In this document: positions 51,072-59,866 of the stretch, piece after piece | Position numbering within the stretch: position 1 is the first letter of the stretch | Layout: each line of letters starts with the position of its first letter | Source of the DNA: Bacillales bacterium UBA1744 | GTDB lineage: Bacteria; Bacillota_I; Bacilli_A; RFN20; CAG-826 | DNA: 64,000 bases | Assembly (NCBI GenBank): GCA_002314915.1 | Contig: DCHU01000026.1 | Coordinates: 6,101-70,100, forward strand | Reading direction: 5' to 3' | The notes under the pieces: model-generated | Told to the model about the DNA's origin: nothing | What the model saw: the letters and a program-made list of their open reading frames with translations, nothing else | Databases searched by the model: none | Program-made: the position numbers and the translations under genes

Positions 51072-54000
51072 TTATGCTTCTACTGCTTTCTTTTTGAATT
51101 TCTTGATGTGGGTGACACCGATCCAAGCGATTCCACCGAGGCCTGCAACGCCAAATGCAATCTCAGCTCCGACAAGAGCGAATCTCCAAGGTTCGATGAC
51201 CTTGACGATGTATGTGTTGTTGCCGATTCCGTTCATTGCGATTGAGTGGACTGCTGAGTAGCAGATTCTGTGGAGAGATTCTCTTAATGCCCAGGCGACG
51301 TCTGCGTGGCCTTTTTTAATTTCATCGAATTCGGTTGCTTTGATTGAACCGTCGATTAAGTTTGTGCCTGCTTTGAGCATCGAGACAACGTTGAGATAAG
51401 GAGTTGCTGAGCCATACCACATATCGGTGACTGCTGCACCATGCATTCCGCACTCTGTTCTTAAGAAGTCTGTCATGAGTCCTTTGATGGATCCTGACCA
51501 CTTGAGTCCGATACGATTGAAGGCGACCATGACGCCTGAAGCGCCTCTGAATGTGACTTCTTCTCCGTTCCAAGTGTATTTCGTTCCTTCTAAAGTGATT
51601 GGGAGTTCAAACGCTTTCAAATATGTTTCGCGGATAGTCTGCTCGTTAGCCCAAGTCTGGATTCCACGTCTGTTGTCTTCTTGCTCGTTTAATGCGCAGT
51701 GCTTGTTGTAGACGTATAAGCCACGGTTTTCCATAGCGTTTGTCTCGTAAGCGCACATCATTCCTGAAAGGAAAGCATCTTCTGAATAGTATTCGAAGTT
51801 ACGTCCTGAGTATGGGGTTCTGCAGATGTTTGAACCAGGTCCATAGAGTCCAGCGTAGCCAACCCAGACAGCTTCGTCGCCAATCATGTTTCCGACTTCA
51901 TACATGAGGTCGACGTTGAATGATGCGGCGAGGATCATGCTTGATGGGTAGCACATTGCGCGGCTTTCTTTTAATGGGTCGTTTGTTGTAACCGCAAGTC
52001 CGTTGCCCTTCACGTTGTAGTTGAATCTTTCGGTGATGCCTGTTGGACCGTTGTGGTCTGTGCATTCAGGTTTGCCGATTGAGTTGATAGCTGCAGACAT
52101 TCTCATGCCTGATCTAACTGTTTCGACCATTTCATCGAACGTGAGCTGGTCGAGCAAGTCTTCCCATAATGGATCATCGTATGGGATTTCTGTTCCATCT
52201 GAGTAATTCTTGAGGTTGATGAGCTGAAGGCCGTTATTAGCGCCGTATGTTGGATAAGCACTATTGTCGACTGGGGAGATTGTTTCGCCCTGACGGCCAT
52301 CTTTATCTAAATCAGCCTGGAGGTTTGAGTTGTAATGAAGGATGACTCCGTTATCCCAACCAAGCTTTGTTGTTTTATCCCAGTCTGTTCTTGAGATGTA
52401 AGTGACTTTGTCGTTTCCTTTGTGCTCGTAGTTGTTGTAGTCAGCATCATCGAAGCGGTTTGTGATCTTCTCACCTGTTGCGTAGGAGGTTGAGAATGTC
52501 TTTGTGTCTTCTTTCAGTTTGATGGCGTCTGATGAGAGGATTGAGTTTCCGTCATCATCCATTCTGTTATTCGTTGAAGACTTTGAGTTGAGTCTCTTTG
52601 CGAGGACGTTATTTGTTGCGTCGTGTGCATCTTTACCGATTGAGAGGTAGTAATCTCCGGCGGTGATAACATATGTCTTTGCATTGTTTGCGTCGTATGA
52701 CGCGAACTGTCTCTCGTCGACATCGACTGAATAACGCTTTGTTTCGCCTGCTCTCAAGAGGTCTGTCTTTGTGAAGCCGACGAGTTCGGATGCCGGAGCT
52801 TCCACGCCATTTTCCTGATTGTATTTGCCATATGGTCTATTGAGATAAACCTGAATGACGTCTTTGCCGGCGACTGAACCAGTGTTCTTGACGTCAACGG
52901 AGACTGTGTACTTCTTCTCCTTACCGGTTCCTGATGATTTGACCTCAAAGTCAGAATATTCGAAGCTTGTATAGCTTAAGCCGTGGCCAAATGGATAGGA
53001 TACGACGTCGCTATAGGAGAAGCTTCCTGCGTTGTTCTTGCCCTCGACAAAGTCGAAATAACGGGATTCCGTGTATTTATAGCCAAGGTAGACGCCTTCC
53101 TGATAAACAGAATAGACTCTATCCTGGTTTGGTGTACCGTTTTCGTAATAGCCGTCTGGTGAATCAGCATAGACGCTGACGTTGAAGTTTGTGACTGCTG
53201 GGTTGAGCTTGTGGTTTCTCCAGAATGTTGTGGAGAGTTTTGCGGATGGGTTTGCATCTCCTGAAACGATGTCAGCGACACCATAGAGTCCCGCTAAACC
53301 TGGAGTGCCAATCCATAAAGCTGCGTCAACACCGTATTCTGCATCGGTGAGGAAGTCTGCTTCGATCTGGTTTGCGAAATTCAAGATGACGACGACCGAT
53401 TTGAAGACGCCAGCCTCTTTCTTCTCCTTTAATCCTTTTAATAAATTCTTCTCGATTGGAGAGAGTTTGAGGATGTCGCCCTCAGTTGTGTCTCCGAGCG
53501 AGCCGTCGAAGTCGTTGAGGGTGTTGAGGGCTCTTTTGCCTCTTGGGAGGTCAGAACCTTCTCCACCTAAACGTGATAAGACGACGATTGCTGCATCACC
53601 ATACTGAGAGAATGTTGAGCCTTGGTCGTTGTCGACTTTGGAGAATGGGATATCTCCGATTGTGAATGCCCCAGAAACGCCTTTACCGGTGCTGTGAGTA
53701 GTTCTCTTGTATGATTTGTTCTCGTCTGATGAATAATAGTTCCAAAGCGATTCATTAACCTGGAATTTGCCGCCTCTTTCGAATGCGGACTTGAATGTTG
53801 GAGCGCCGTTGGTTGCAACATTACCTGAACCGGAACCTGAATAGATTGGGTCGATAGCGCCAACTGAGAAGAAACTGATTTTTCTATTTCCTTCTTTTAA
53901 CGGAAGAGTGTTATTATCGTTCTTCAAAAGAACGGTTCCTTCTTCCTGTGCTTTTTCAGCAACTTCAGCTGCTCCTGCTTTGAGTTCTTCAAGGTTCTTG

Positions 54001-54593
54001 TAATCCGACTTGAAGTACATTGTGTCTTCAGGTTCGCCATTTGTCTCTTTCTTGACGATCTTTGAGTTTGACATGTGAAGAGCCTTGTTGATCTGTCCTG
54101 CGTTTTCATCAGCGATCTGATAGCCGGTTGCAACGACCGCAAAAACGATTGCGCCTGCTAAAGATAAGGTTTTTGCAAGTGTTTTGTCGCTTGGGACAAG
54201 GAGCGCAAAGGAAACGCATGATAAGACTATGCATGAAACGATTAATGCGACCACGATGAAGAACTGAGGTTCCCATGATGAGTCGATTCCTAGTGCGGCT
54301 GCTGATGCCCATGTGTAGATTTTCAAAGCGAAGAACCCTAAGCCGAATAAGCTGCCTACCACTGCTGGAATTGGGGATGCTTTGCCGTCGAGCAAGAATA
54401 CCAATCCGATGGTGAAGGCTGCTCCAGCTGCCAAAGCGATGGACGCTGGCCAGCTCATGTTGTCCATGAGAGATTTAGCTCCGGCATAGCAGATGATGTT
54501 CACGAGTGATGTGATGAGCATCAAGAGCGCTGAAGAAAGAGCTAAAATCTTTCCTTTGGACAGAGTGGAGAAGAAATTCTTAATCTTTTCCAT
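51072..54593 (-). CDS. Membrane-anchored glycoside hydrolase family 3 enzyme with permuted domain order
   Basis: The start was trimmed to MEKIKNFF, which has an AAGGAGGA RBS. It has about 5 N-terminal TM helices. These are followed by the GH3 C-terminal alpha/beta domain (TVLLKNDNNTLPL), a Fn3-like domain, and a long linker. The GH3 barrel comes next (GAAVTDMW nucleophile motif, SEDAFL). A C-terminal TM helix closes the protein. Confidence 0.75.
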   Translation of the reverse strand: MEKIKNFFSTLSKGKILALSSALLMLITSLVNIICYAGAKSLMDNMSWPASIALAAGAAFTIGLVFLLDGKASPIPAVVGSLFGLGFFALKIYTWASAAALGIDSSWEPQFFIVVALIVSCIVLSCVSFALLVPSDKTLAKTLSLAGAIVFAVVATGYQIADENAGQINKALHMSNSKIVKKETNGEPEDTMYFKSDYKNLEELKAGAAEVAEKAQEEGTVLLKNDNNTLPLKEGNRKISFFSVGAIDPIYSGSGSGNVATNGAPTFKSAFERGGKFQVNESLWNYYSSDENKSYKRTTHSTGKGVSGAFTIGDIPFSKVDNDQGSTFSQYGDAAIVVLSRLGGEGSDLPRGKRALNTLNDFDGSLGDTTEGDILKLSPIEKNLLKGLKEKKEAGVFKSVVVILNFANQIEADFLTDAEYGVDAALWIGTPGLAGLYGVADIVSGDANPSAKLSTTFWRNHKLNPAVTNFNVSVYADSPDGYYENGTPNQDRVYSVYQEGVYLGYKYTESRYFDFVEGKNNAGSFSYSDVVSYPFGHGLSYTSFEYSDFEVKSSGTGKEKKYTVSVDVKNTGSVAGKDVIQVYLNRPYGKYNQENGVEAPASELVGFTKTDLLRAGETKRYSVDVDERQFASYDANNAKTYVITAGDYYLSIGKDAHDATNNVLAKRLNSKSSTNNRMDDDGNSILSSDAIKLKEDTKTFSTSYATGEKITNRFDDADYNNYEHKGNDKVTYISRTDWDKTTKLGWDNGVILHYNSNLQADLDKDGRQGETISPVDNSAYPTYGANNGLQLINLKNYSDGTEIPYDDPLWEDLLDQLTFDEMVETVRSGMRMSAAINSIGKPECTDHNGPTGITERFNYNVKGNGLAVTTNDPLKESRAMCYPSSMILAASFNVDLMYEVGNMIGDEAVWVGYAGLYGPGSNICRTPYSGRNFEYYSEDAFLSGMMCAYETNAMENRGLYVYNKHCALNEQEDNRRGIQTWANEQTIRETYLKAFELPITLEGTKYTWNGEEVTFRGASGVMVAFNRIGLKWSGSIKGLMTDFLRTECGMHGAAVTDMWYGSATPYLNVVSMLKAGTNLIDGSIKATEFDEIKKGHADVAWALRESLHRICYSAVHSIAMNGIGNNTYIVKVIEPWRFALVGAEIAFGVAGLGGIAWIGVTHIKKFKKKAVEA

Positions 54594-54736
54594 AATATCC
54601 TCCTTCCCTAAACGGGATGTGTTTGCCATTACTTTGCGGTAAGCACTTACAAGGGATAAGAGGGATTTCGTGAATTGCGCGGCAATATTTCGTGAATTAC
54701 ACAATGAAAAAGAGCCGCCTCAAGCGACCCTTGTCA

Positions 54737-56047
54737 TTATGAGATGAATGTGACGGTCAAGGTGAAGAGTCCGTCTTCCTTAGAAACCGTTAGAGCGCCT
54801 TCGTATTTCTTGGCTATCCTCTTCATAGATGGAACGCCGAATCCGTGATATCTCTTGTCTTTTGGATTGTCTTCCACTCCATCGGAGTAAGGATTCTCAC
54901 AGTCTATGAAGACGAAGCCGTCTTTCTTGTAAACCTTGAGCGAAACGAATCTATCTTCTTTTTTCTCAAAGAGCTTAACATAGTTAAGAGCGTTCTCTAG
55001 CATGTTGGAGAACAAGGAGATGAGGTCTTGTCTTTCAAGGAATGATACAGAAGTTCCATCAGCGATGATAATCGTCTCGATATTCTGCGAGCTTGCACGG
55101 AACTTGAAGTCCATGAGAAGCATGTCGAGATCTTTGTTTCCCGTATCGACGCGATGATCATAGATGTCGATTGATTTTACGACGTCATCTATGAAGTTGG
55201 AGTCCACTCCTCCTGAGAGTTTAGCCGCCCTCAACTGATGTCTTAGGTCATGGCATTTGTGATTGATGAGCTCGATTGATTCAGATATCGTCTCGTACTG
55301 TTTGATGCGTGAATTGAACTGTTCTCGGTCTTCTGCTCTTTGGAGTTCTTGGAGCGACATGAGAGTCATAAGGGTGACTGTGAACAAGAATCCTGATGTG
55401 GATATTACATCGGTGAGGCAAGAGGCAATGAATAAAGATGAGTTCGTATACATGGTGCCGTTTTCCAATAAAGCGATGAAGAGATTTAGAAGCACCGCTA
55501 AAGGGAGGAGGACCATGACGCCCCATGAGAGGGTTTTGAACCTTGGGTGACGGAAGACTTTTCTTGTCACAAACGACAAGAGGATCAAGACTCCGGCAAA
55601 AACCAAATAGTAAATCGGTAACGTTGCGAATCCCCTATCGCCGTATTGCCAGAATTCCGGCCTGCCAAGAATCCATTCTCCAATCACGAAAAGAACCGTG
55701 TTATAGAGGGTTCTAGATATATTACGAGACAAGACCGCCGCGATGATGACATATGTCTTGTTTGCGGCTGTCGTCTTATACGATAAGCATTCCGCGAATA
55801 TCGAAGGTAAGGTCAAGATGAGGAAGAATGCATAGGACAAAGTCCTTCTATATTTCTCACTTTCAATCAAAGGAATTGATATATAGGCGGAGATGGTGCT
55901 CAAAACCACCGAAATCCCCAGGAAAATGCCAAATTTCAGCCAGAATCTATTGGTTTTTCTTAAGCCTATGGAAAGCACAAAAACCCCAAACAACAGTTCG
56001 AGGCCGTATCGTCCATAATTTACTAGCTGATTTACGAATTGTCCCAT
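54737..56047 (-). CDS. Sensor histidine kinase, AgrC/LytS-type (GHKL HATPase_c_5) with a polytopic N-terminal sensor
   Basis: It has about 6 N-terminal TM helices. The C-terminal ATPase region (GFGVPSMKRIAKKYEGALTV) is typical of HPK10 kinases, which pair with LytTR regulators. Confidence 0.75.
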   Translation of the reverse strand: MGQFVNQLVNYGRYGLELLFGVFVLSIGLRKTNRFWLKFGIFLGISVVLSTISAYISIPLIESEKYRRTLSYAFFLILTLPSIFAECLSYKTTAANKTYVIIAAVLSRNISRTLYNTVLFVIGEWILGRPEFWQYGDRGFATLPIYYLVFAGVLILLSFVTRKVFRHPRFKTLSWGVMVLLPLAVLLNLFIALLENGTMYTNSSLFIASCLTDVISTSGFLFTVTLMTLMSLQELQRAEDREQFNSRIKQYETISESIELINHKCHDLRHQLRAAKLSGGVDSNFIDDVVKSIDIYDHRVDTGNKDLDMLLMDFKFRASSQNIETIIIADGTSVSFLERQDLISLFSNMLENALNYVKLFEKKEDRFVSLKVYKKDGFVFIDCENPYSDGVEDNPKDKRYHGFGVPSMKRIAKKYEGALTVSKEDGLFTLTVTFIS

Positions 56048-56793
56048 TAGAAATTGTGATAATCGCTGACTGCTTGGATGAAGGAGGTTTTCTTACCTCT
56101 TGGAATCTGGAAGAGAGTGCCATCTTTCATTATGACATCACCAGCTCTAGACACCCCCTTGGTGTAGTCAAGGTTGAGGATGACCGAACGAGACAAACGA
56201 TAGAATCTTGGGTTGTATAATTTCGTCTCGACGTTCTTCAAGGTGTCCCATGACTCGTAATCCTTATTCGCGGTGTGATAGATGATGATGTGATCATCCG
56301 CGGTGACGTATTCGATGTCATCGAGAGACACCATCGAGAAAGAGTTCGAAGTCTTGATGAGAATCTGATTTTCCGCATCGTTTTGGAAGCCTTTGTATGT
56401 CTTCGAGATTACGTTTTTCACCCTTTTGTACTCAACGGGCTTAAGAATGAAGTCGATGGCGGATACCTCATATCCTTTGATGGCGTACTGTCCAAGAGAA
56501 GTCGTGAAGCAGATAGCCACTTCCTCATCAACTTTTCTGATTTGTCCAGCCGCATCCATTCCGTTGATTCCCGGCATGTTGATGTCGAGGAACACCAGAT
56601 TGAAGACGGGGATGAATTTGTCCATGAAGTTGAAGCCGTTGTTGAAAGTCACGATATCGAATTTGACTCCAAATTCTTCTTCGTACTGCTTAATTTTCGA
56701 CAAAAGATTATTTCTATCGTCGTCGTTATCTTCAACGATGGCTATCCTAAACATATAACTCTCTTTTGAATATTTTATCTTGGTTTCTTCCAT
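56047..56793 (-). CDS. LytTR-family response regulator
   Basis: It has a receiver domain (IAIVEDNDDDRN...D) and a C-terminal LytTR DNA-binding domain (FYRLSRSVILNLDY). The start was trimmed to MEETKIK, which has a GGAGG RBS. Its stop overlaps the kinase start. Confidence 0.8.
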   Translation of the reverse strand: MEETKIKYSKESYMFRIAIVEDNDDDRNNLLSKIKQYEEEFGVKFDIVTFNNGFNFMDKFIPVFNLVFLDINMPGINGMDAAGQIRKVDEEVAICFTTSLGQYAIKGYEVSAIDFILKPVEYKRVKNVISKTYKGFQNDAENQILIKTSNSFSMVSLDDIEYVTADDHIIIYHTANKDYESWDTLKNVETKLYNPRFYRLSRSVILNLDYTKGVSRAGDVIMKDGTLFQIPRGKKTSFIQAVSDYHNF

Positions 56794-56815
56794 AAAGATA
56801 GCCTCCACTCAGTTA

Positions 56816-59014
56816 TTAATAAGATCTTGGTGACCAGTTCTTGGCTGTTTTAATGTCCTTTTCGACGGTAGTGGTGAACGCCGAAGGATCGATAACACCA
56901 TGTCTTGGAAGTCTTTCGACTTTGAATCTAGCGAGGTAGTAATCGCTATATCCATTCCAGACCTCGAGTGCTTTTTCGAGATTTTTCACCGCTAAATCAC
57001 GTTTGGTTGTGTCTTCGGAGTCGTTATATAAACGGAGATTCATGGCGCCTTCGAACTTCTCAGCGTAGTAGTTTGCGATGTGAGCAAAGCCCAACTGATC
57101 CTGCAATAAGTTATCTAAAGCAACGTTCTCGTTCTTAAGTTCAACTCTTATAGCATCCACTTCTAGTTTAACTTCGGCTGCGATACTTCTTAACTCTGAA
57201 GCGACCTGGAATGGGGTCTTCTTCTTGAGATCGGTATTGCCTTCTTTGACCATTCTTGCGTATTCAGCGATTGAATAGATGTCTCCATCTGGATCTGCTG
57301 AATCAGCGTTGATGAATCTCTTGATGTCGAGGAATCCGAATAGCGTTGGGTTTGATGAGCACATTTCCGGAAGGAATGCAGCATCTGTTCCGCCTGGAGC
57401 GTATGAGCAGATGACAAGAGGCATGACTTTTGCCGCTTTGTTCATGACTTTCCATGAACGGGAAACCAAGTCTTTCTTAACGCCTTCGTAATGATCTTCG
57501 ACAATCTTATCCCAATATGAGACTTCCATATTTGGGTTGTAGCCGAATCTTCCGAACATCGAGTAGTTGATCCAGTGGCGGTTGTAGTAATAATCGCCGT
57601 TCAACGACTCGTCTTTGAATTCGTATTCTTTGCCTGATACATAGTATCCGTCGATAGCGAAGTGCCAGCCGGTCACTCGGTCCTGCTTGACGTTCTTGCA
57701 CCACTCCTTAACCCATTCGGCATCGCCCCATGTGTAGTGGTATGCATCTTCGCCACGGACGTTGTACATCATGTTCCAGCCATCAGGCATTCCCTTGATG
57801 TAATCGTTGTTGTCCGTGCAGTGATTTGTTGAATATAAACGTGTGTCGTTATATCTCTTATTTACATATAAGTTGTATGGATAATCGCTGAATTTTGAAT
57901 AGAAGGAATCTGAGAGGAGAGTGTTTCCAACTCCAGCAAATCCGAGCTGGAATGAGTCCGCTCTTTCTGGATGCTCTTTCAAGAAGTCTTCGACTGCGCC
58001 TCCATAAACATCTCTGTACCACTGGTTTGCGATATCCTCTTCTTCTACTTTGTATTCGAGGTTCTCGCCGCATGTCGTCTTGATCTGCTCGATGTAAGGA
58101 TATGTCTCGAGAAGGGCTTTGAAGCCTTTCCTGAAATAATCCTTCGTTGTCTGGTTGTTCTTGTCGTCTGTGATGCCATATCCCGCTGATTCTTCAGAGA
58201 ATGTGTAGATGTTCATCGTGGAGAACTGCCAGGTGATACCTCTATCGTGAGCGGCCTGCATGACGTCCTGCCAGAATGTGATCTTCTCATCGATGGTCAT
58301 CTTCTTGAGAACTGTGTAGTTGCCCTCCTGAGCGTGTTCCTCTCGATACATGTTCGTGCAGTTGCCTAAATATGTGTCATCGTATGTGCCGTTATACTGC
58401 CAAACATCGTTCAAAGCGCAGTTTTCATAACCAGGTACCTTGACCATTGATGGAAGGGCGTTGACGGTTGCGAAAGATAAGATGTTGTATCTCATCTTCG
58501 CCATAATGTCGAACAAGCCTTTCCAATAGTTGATGTCCCAAGTATTTTCCATATTTGCTCTAGTTGAGTCACCGTTGTTTGTGTAGCTTGGGTTTCTGAG
58601 ATCGAATGGAGGACGGACCGAGACGCCACGGAAATCGATGTATGGTGATTCGGAGATTGATTTTACGTTTGCGATTCCGTCTTCGATGTTGATGGATTCA
58701 GCAAGTTGGAGACCTCCGTACATAAGACCGACATTGTCTCCGCCTGTGATTGTGATGTTTTTACCGTTCACATCGATGGAATAAGCTTGTTTTGCTAAAG
58801 AATCGCTTAAATCCTCAAAGGTGACGTTGTATGTGCCACCGCTCTCTTTGAACTTCAAACCGTTTCTGGTTAATGAATCCTTGATCTCATTGATAGCGAA
58901 TTTGATAGTCTCCTCATTTCCGTTATACGTGATAGAGACCGATGTTTTGTTTCCACAGCCAGTTAAAGAACCTAGCAATAGCGAAAAAGCCAAAAGTGAA
59001 TAGTGTTTCTTCAT
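56816..59014 (-). CDS. Lipoprotein with glycoside-hydrolase-like architecture (paralogue B)
   Basis: It has a lipobox (LTGCG), is 732 aa, and is strongly similar to paralogue C and more distantly to A. Confidence 0.5.
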   Translation of the reverse strand: MKKHYSLLAFSLLLGSLTGCGNKTSVSITYNGNEETIKFAINEIKDSLTRNGLKFKESGGTYNVTFEDLSDSLAKQAYSIDVNGKNITITGGDNVGLMYGGLQLAESINIEDGIANVKSISESPYIDFRGVSVRPPFDLRNPSYTNNGDSTRANMENTWDINYWKGLFDIMAKMRYNILSFATVNALPSMVKVPGYENCALNDVWQYNGTYDDTYLGNCTNMYREEHAQEGNYTVLKKMTIDEKITFWQDVMQAAHDRGITWQFSTMNIYTFSEESAGYGITDDKNNQTTKDYFRKGFKALLETYPYIEQIKTTCGENLEYKVEEEDIANQWYRDVYGGAVEDFLKEHPERADSFQLGFAGVGNTLLSDSFYSKFSDYPYNLYVNKRYNDTRLYSTNHCTDNNDYIKGMPDGWNMMYNVRGEDAYHYTWGDAEWVKEWCKNVKQDRVTGWHFAIDGYYVSGKEYEFKDESLNGDYYYNRHWINYSMFGRFGYNPNMEVSYWDKIVEDHYEGVKKDLVSRSWKVMNKAAKVMPLVICSYAPGGTDAAFLPEMCSSNPTLFGFLDIKRFINADSADPDGDIYSIAEYARMVKEGNTDLKKKTPFQVASELRSIAAEVKLEVDAIRVELKNENVALDNLLQDQLGFAHIANYYAEKFEGAMNLRLYNDSEDTTKRDLAVKNLEKALEVWNGYSDYYLARFKVERLPRHGVIDPSAFTTTVEKDIKTAKNWSPRSY

Positions 59015-59281
59015 ATTGTTTTCCCTCGGCTACATTCTTCTTTATTTGCTTTCAATATGAATGTCGGTTTCCATAAAGCAGTTTTTATTTTTCGTGAAGC
59101 GCATTATTAAAATTCCATAACGAACGGTAACGAGTGCTCATGGTGTAATTTTTCGTCATTAGACCACTGCTGTTGTTGACGTATTCAGTTAGTTTATTTT
59201 TTTATTAAAAAGTTCAACTTGTTAACCTTGATCATTCACGATTGACGTAGTGTCATTTTTTAGCGGAATGGCAATAATCTT

Positions 59282-59803
59282 TTGATGTTTTACGCATTAA
59301 CATTTATATCTATTGCCCTTTTAATGGGTTTGTTGTTTTTAGGCAAACACAAAGGCAATGACAAGTCTAATAGGATCATAACTCTTGCGGCCAAAATATT
59401 GACCGTTGGCTATTTGGTCCTGATGTTCATAAACATCTTCCTTCCGGATGGAATATCGGCAAGATTGTATCCGGAGCAGGATCAGTACCAAAACGTCGGA
59501 AACCTATTCCTCGTTTTGCTTAGATGGGCGAATGACTTGAGCATTATCGCCTTAACGATTTCGGTCTTTTTCAAAAAGAAGTCATTCTCGCGCATCAGCG
59601 TCTTCTTCTTGACCCCTATCCTTATCCTCGCGATAAGCTTCTTCTCAAAATATGTCGCATTCTGGAATAACGGTCATGGCGAGGGACTCATGAACATCCT
59701 CACATACGCGGTGTTCTTGGGGCTATCGATTGGATACTTCTATCTCCAAATCGGAATAAAGAAGATAAAGAGGGCGCGAGCAATCCAGACCGTAGAACCT
59801 TAA
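59282..59803 (+). CDS. Small membrane protein of unknown function
   Basis: 173 aa with 5 predicted TM helices. It is the only plus-strand gene in this locus. Confidence 0.5.
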   Translation: MMFYALTFISIALLMGLLFLGKHKGNDKSNRIITLAAKILTVGYLVLMFINIFLPDGISARLYPEQDQYQNVGNLFLVLLRWANDLSIIALTISVFFKKKSFSRISVFFLTPILILAISFFSKYVAFWNNGHGEGLMNILTYAVFLGLSIGYFYLQIGIKKIKRARAIQTVEP

Positions 59804-59866
59804 TCTACGGTTTTTCTTTTAAGAAAAAGAAGGCACCAAATGATGCCTTCTTGTTGACCGTGGTCT

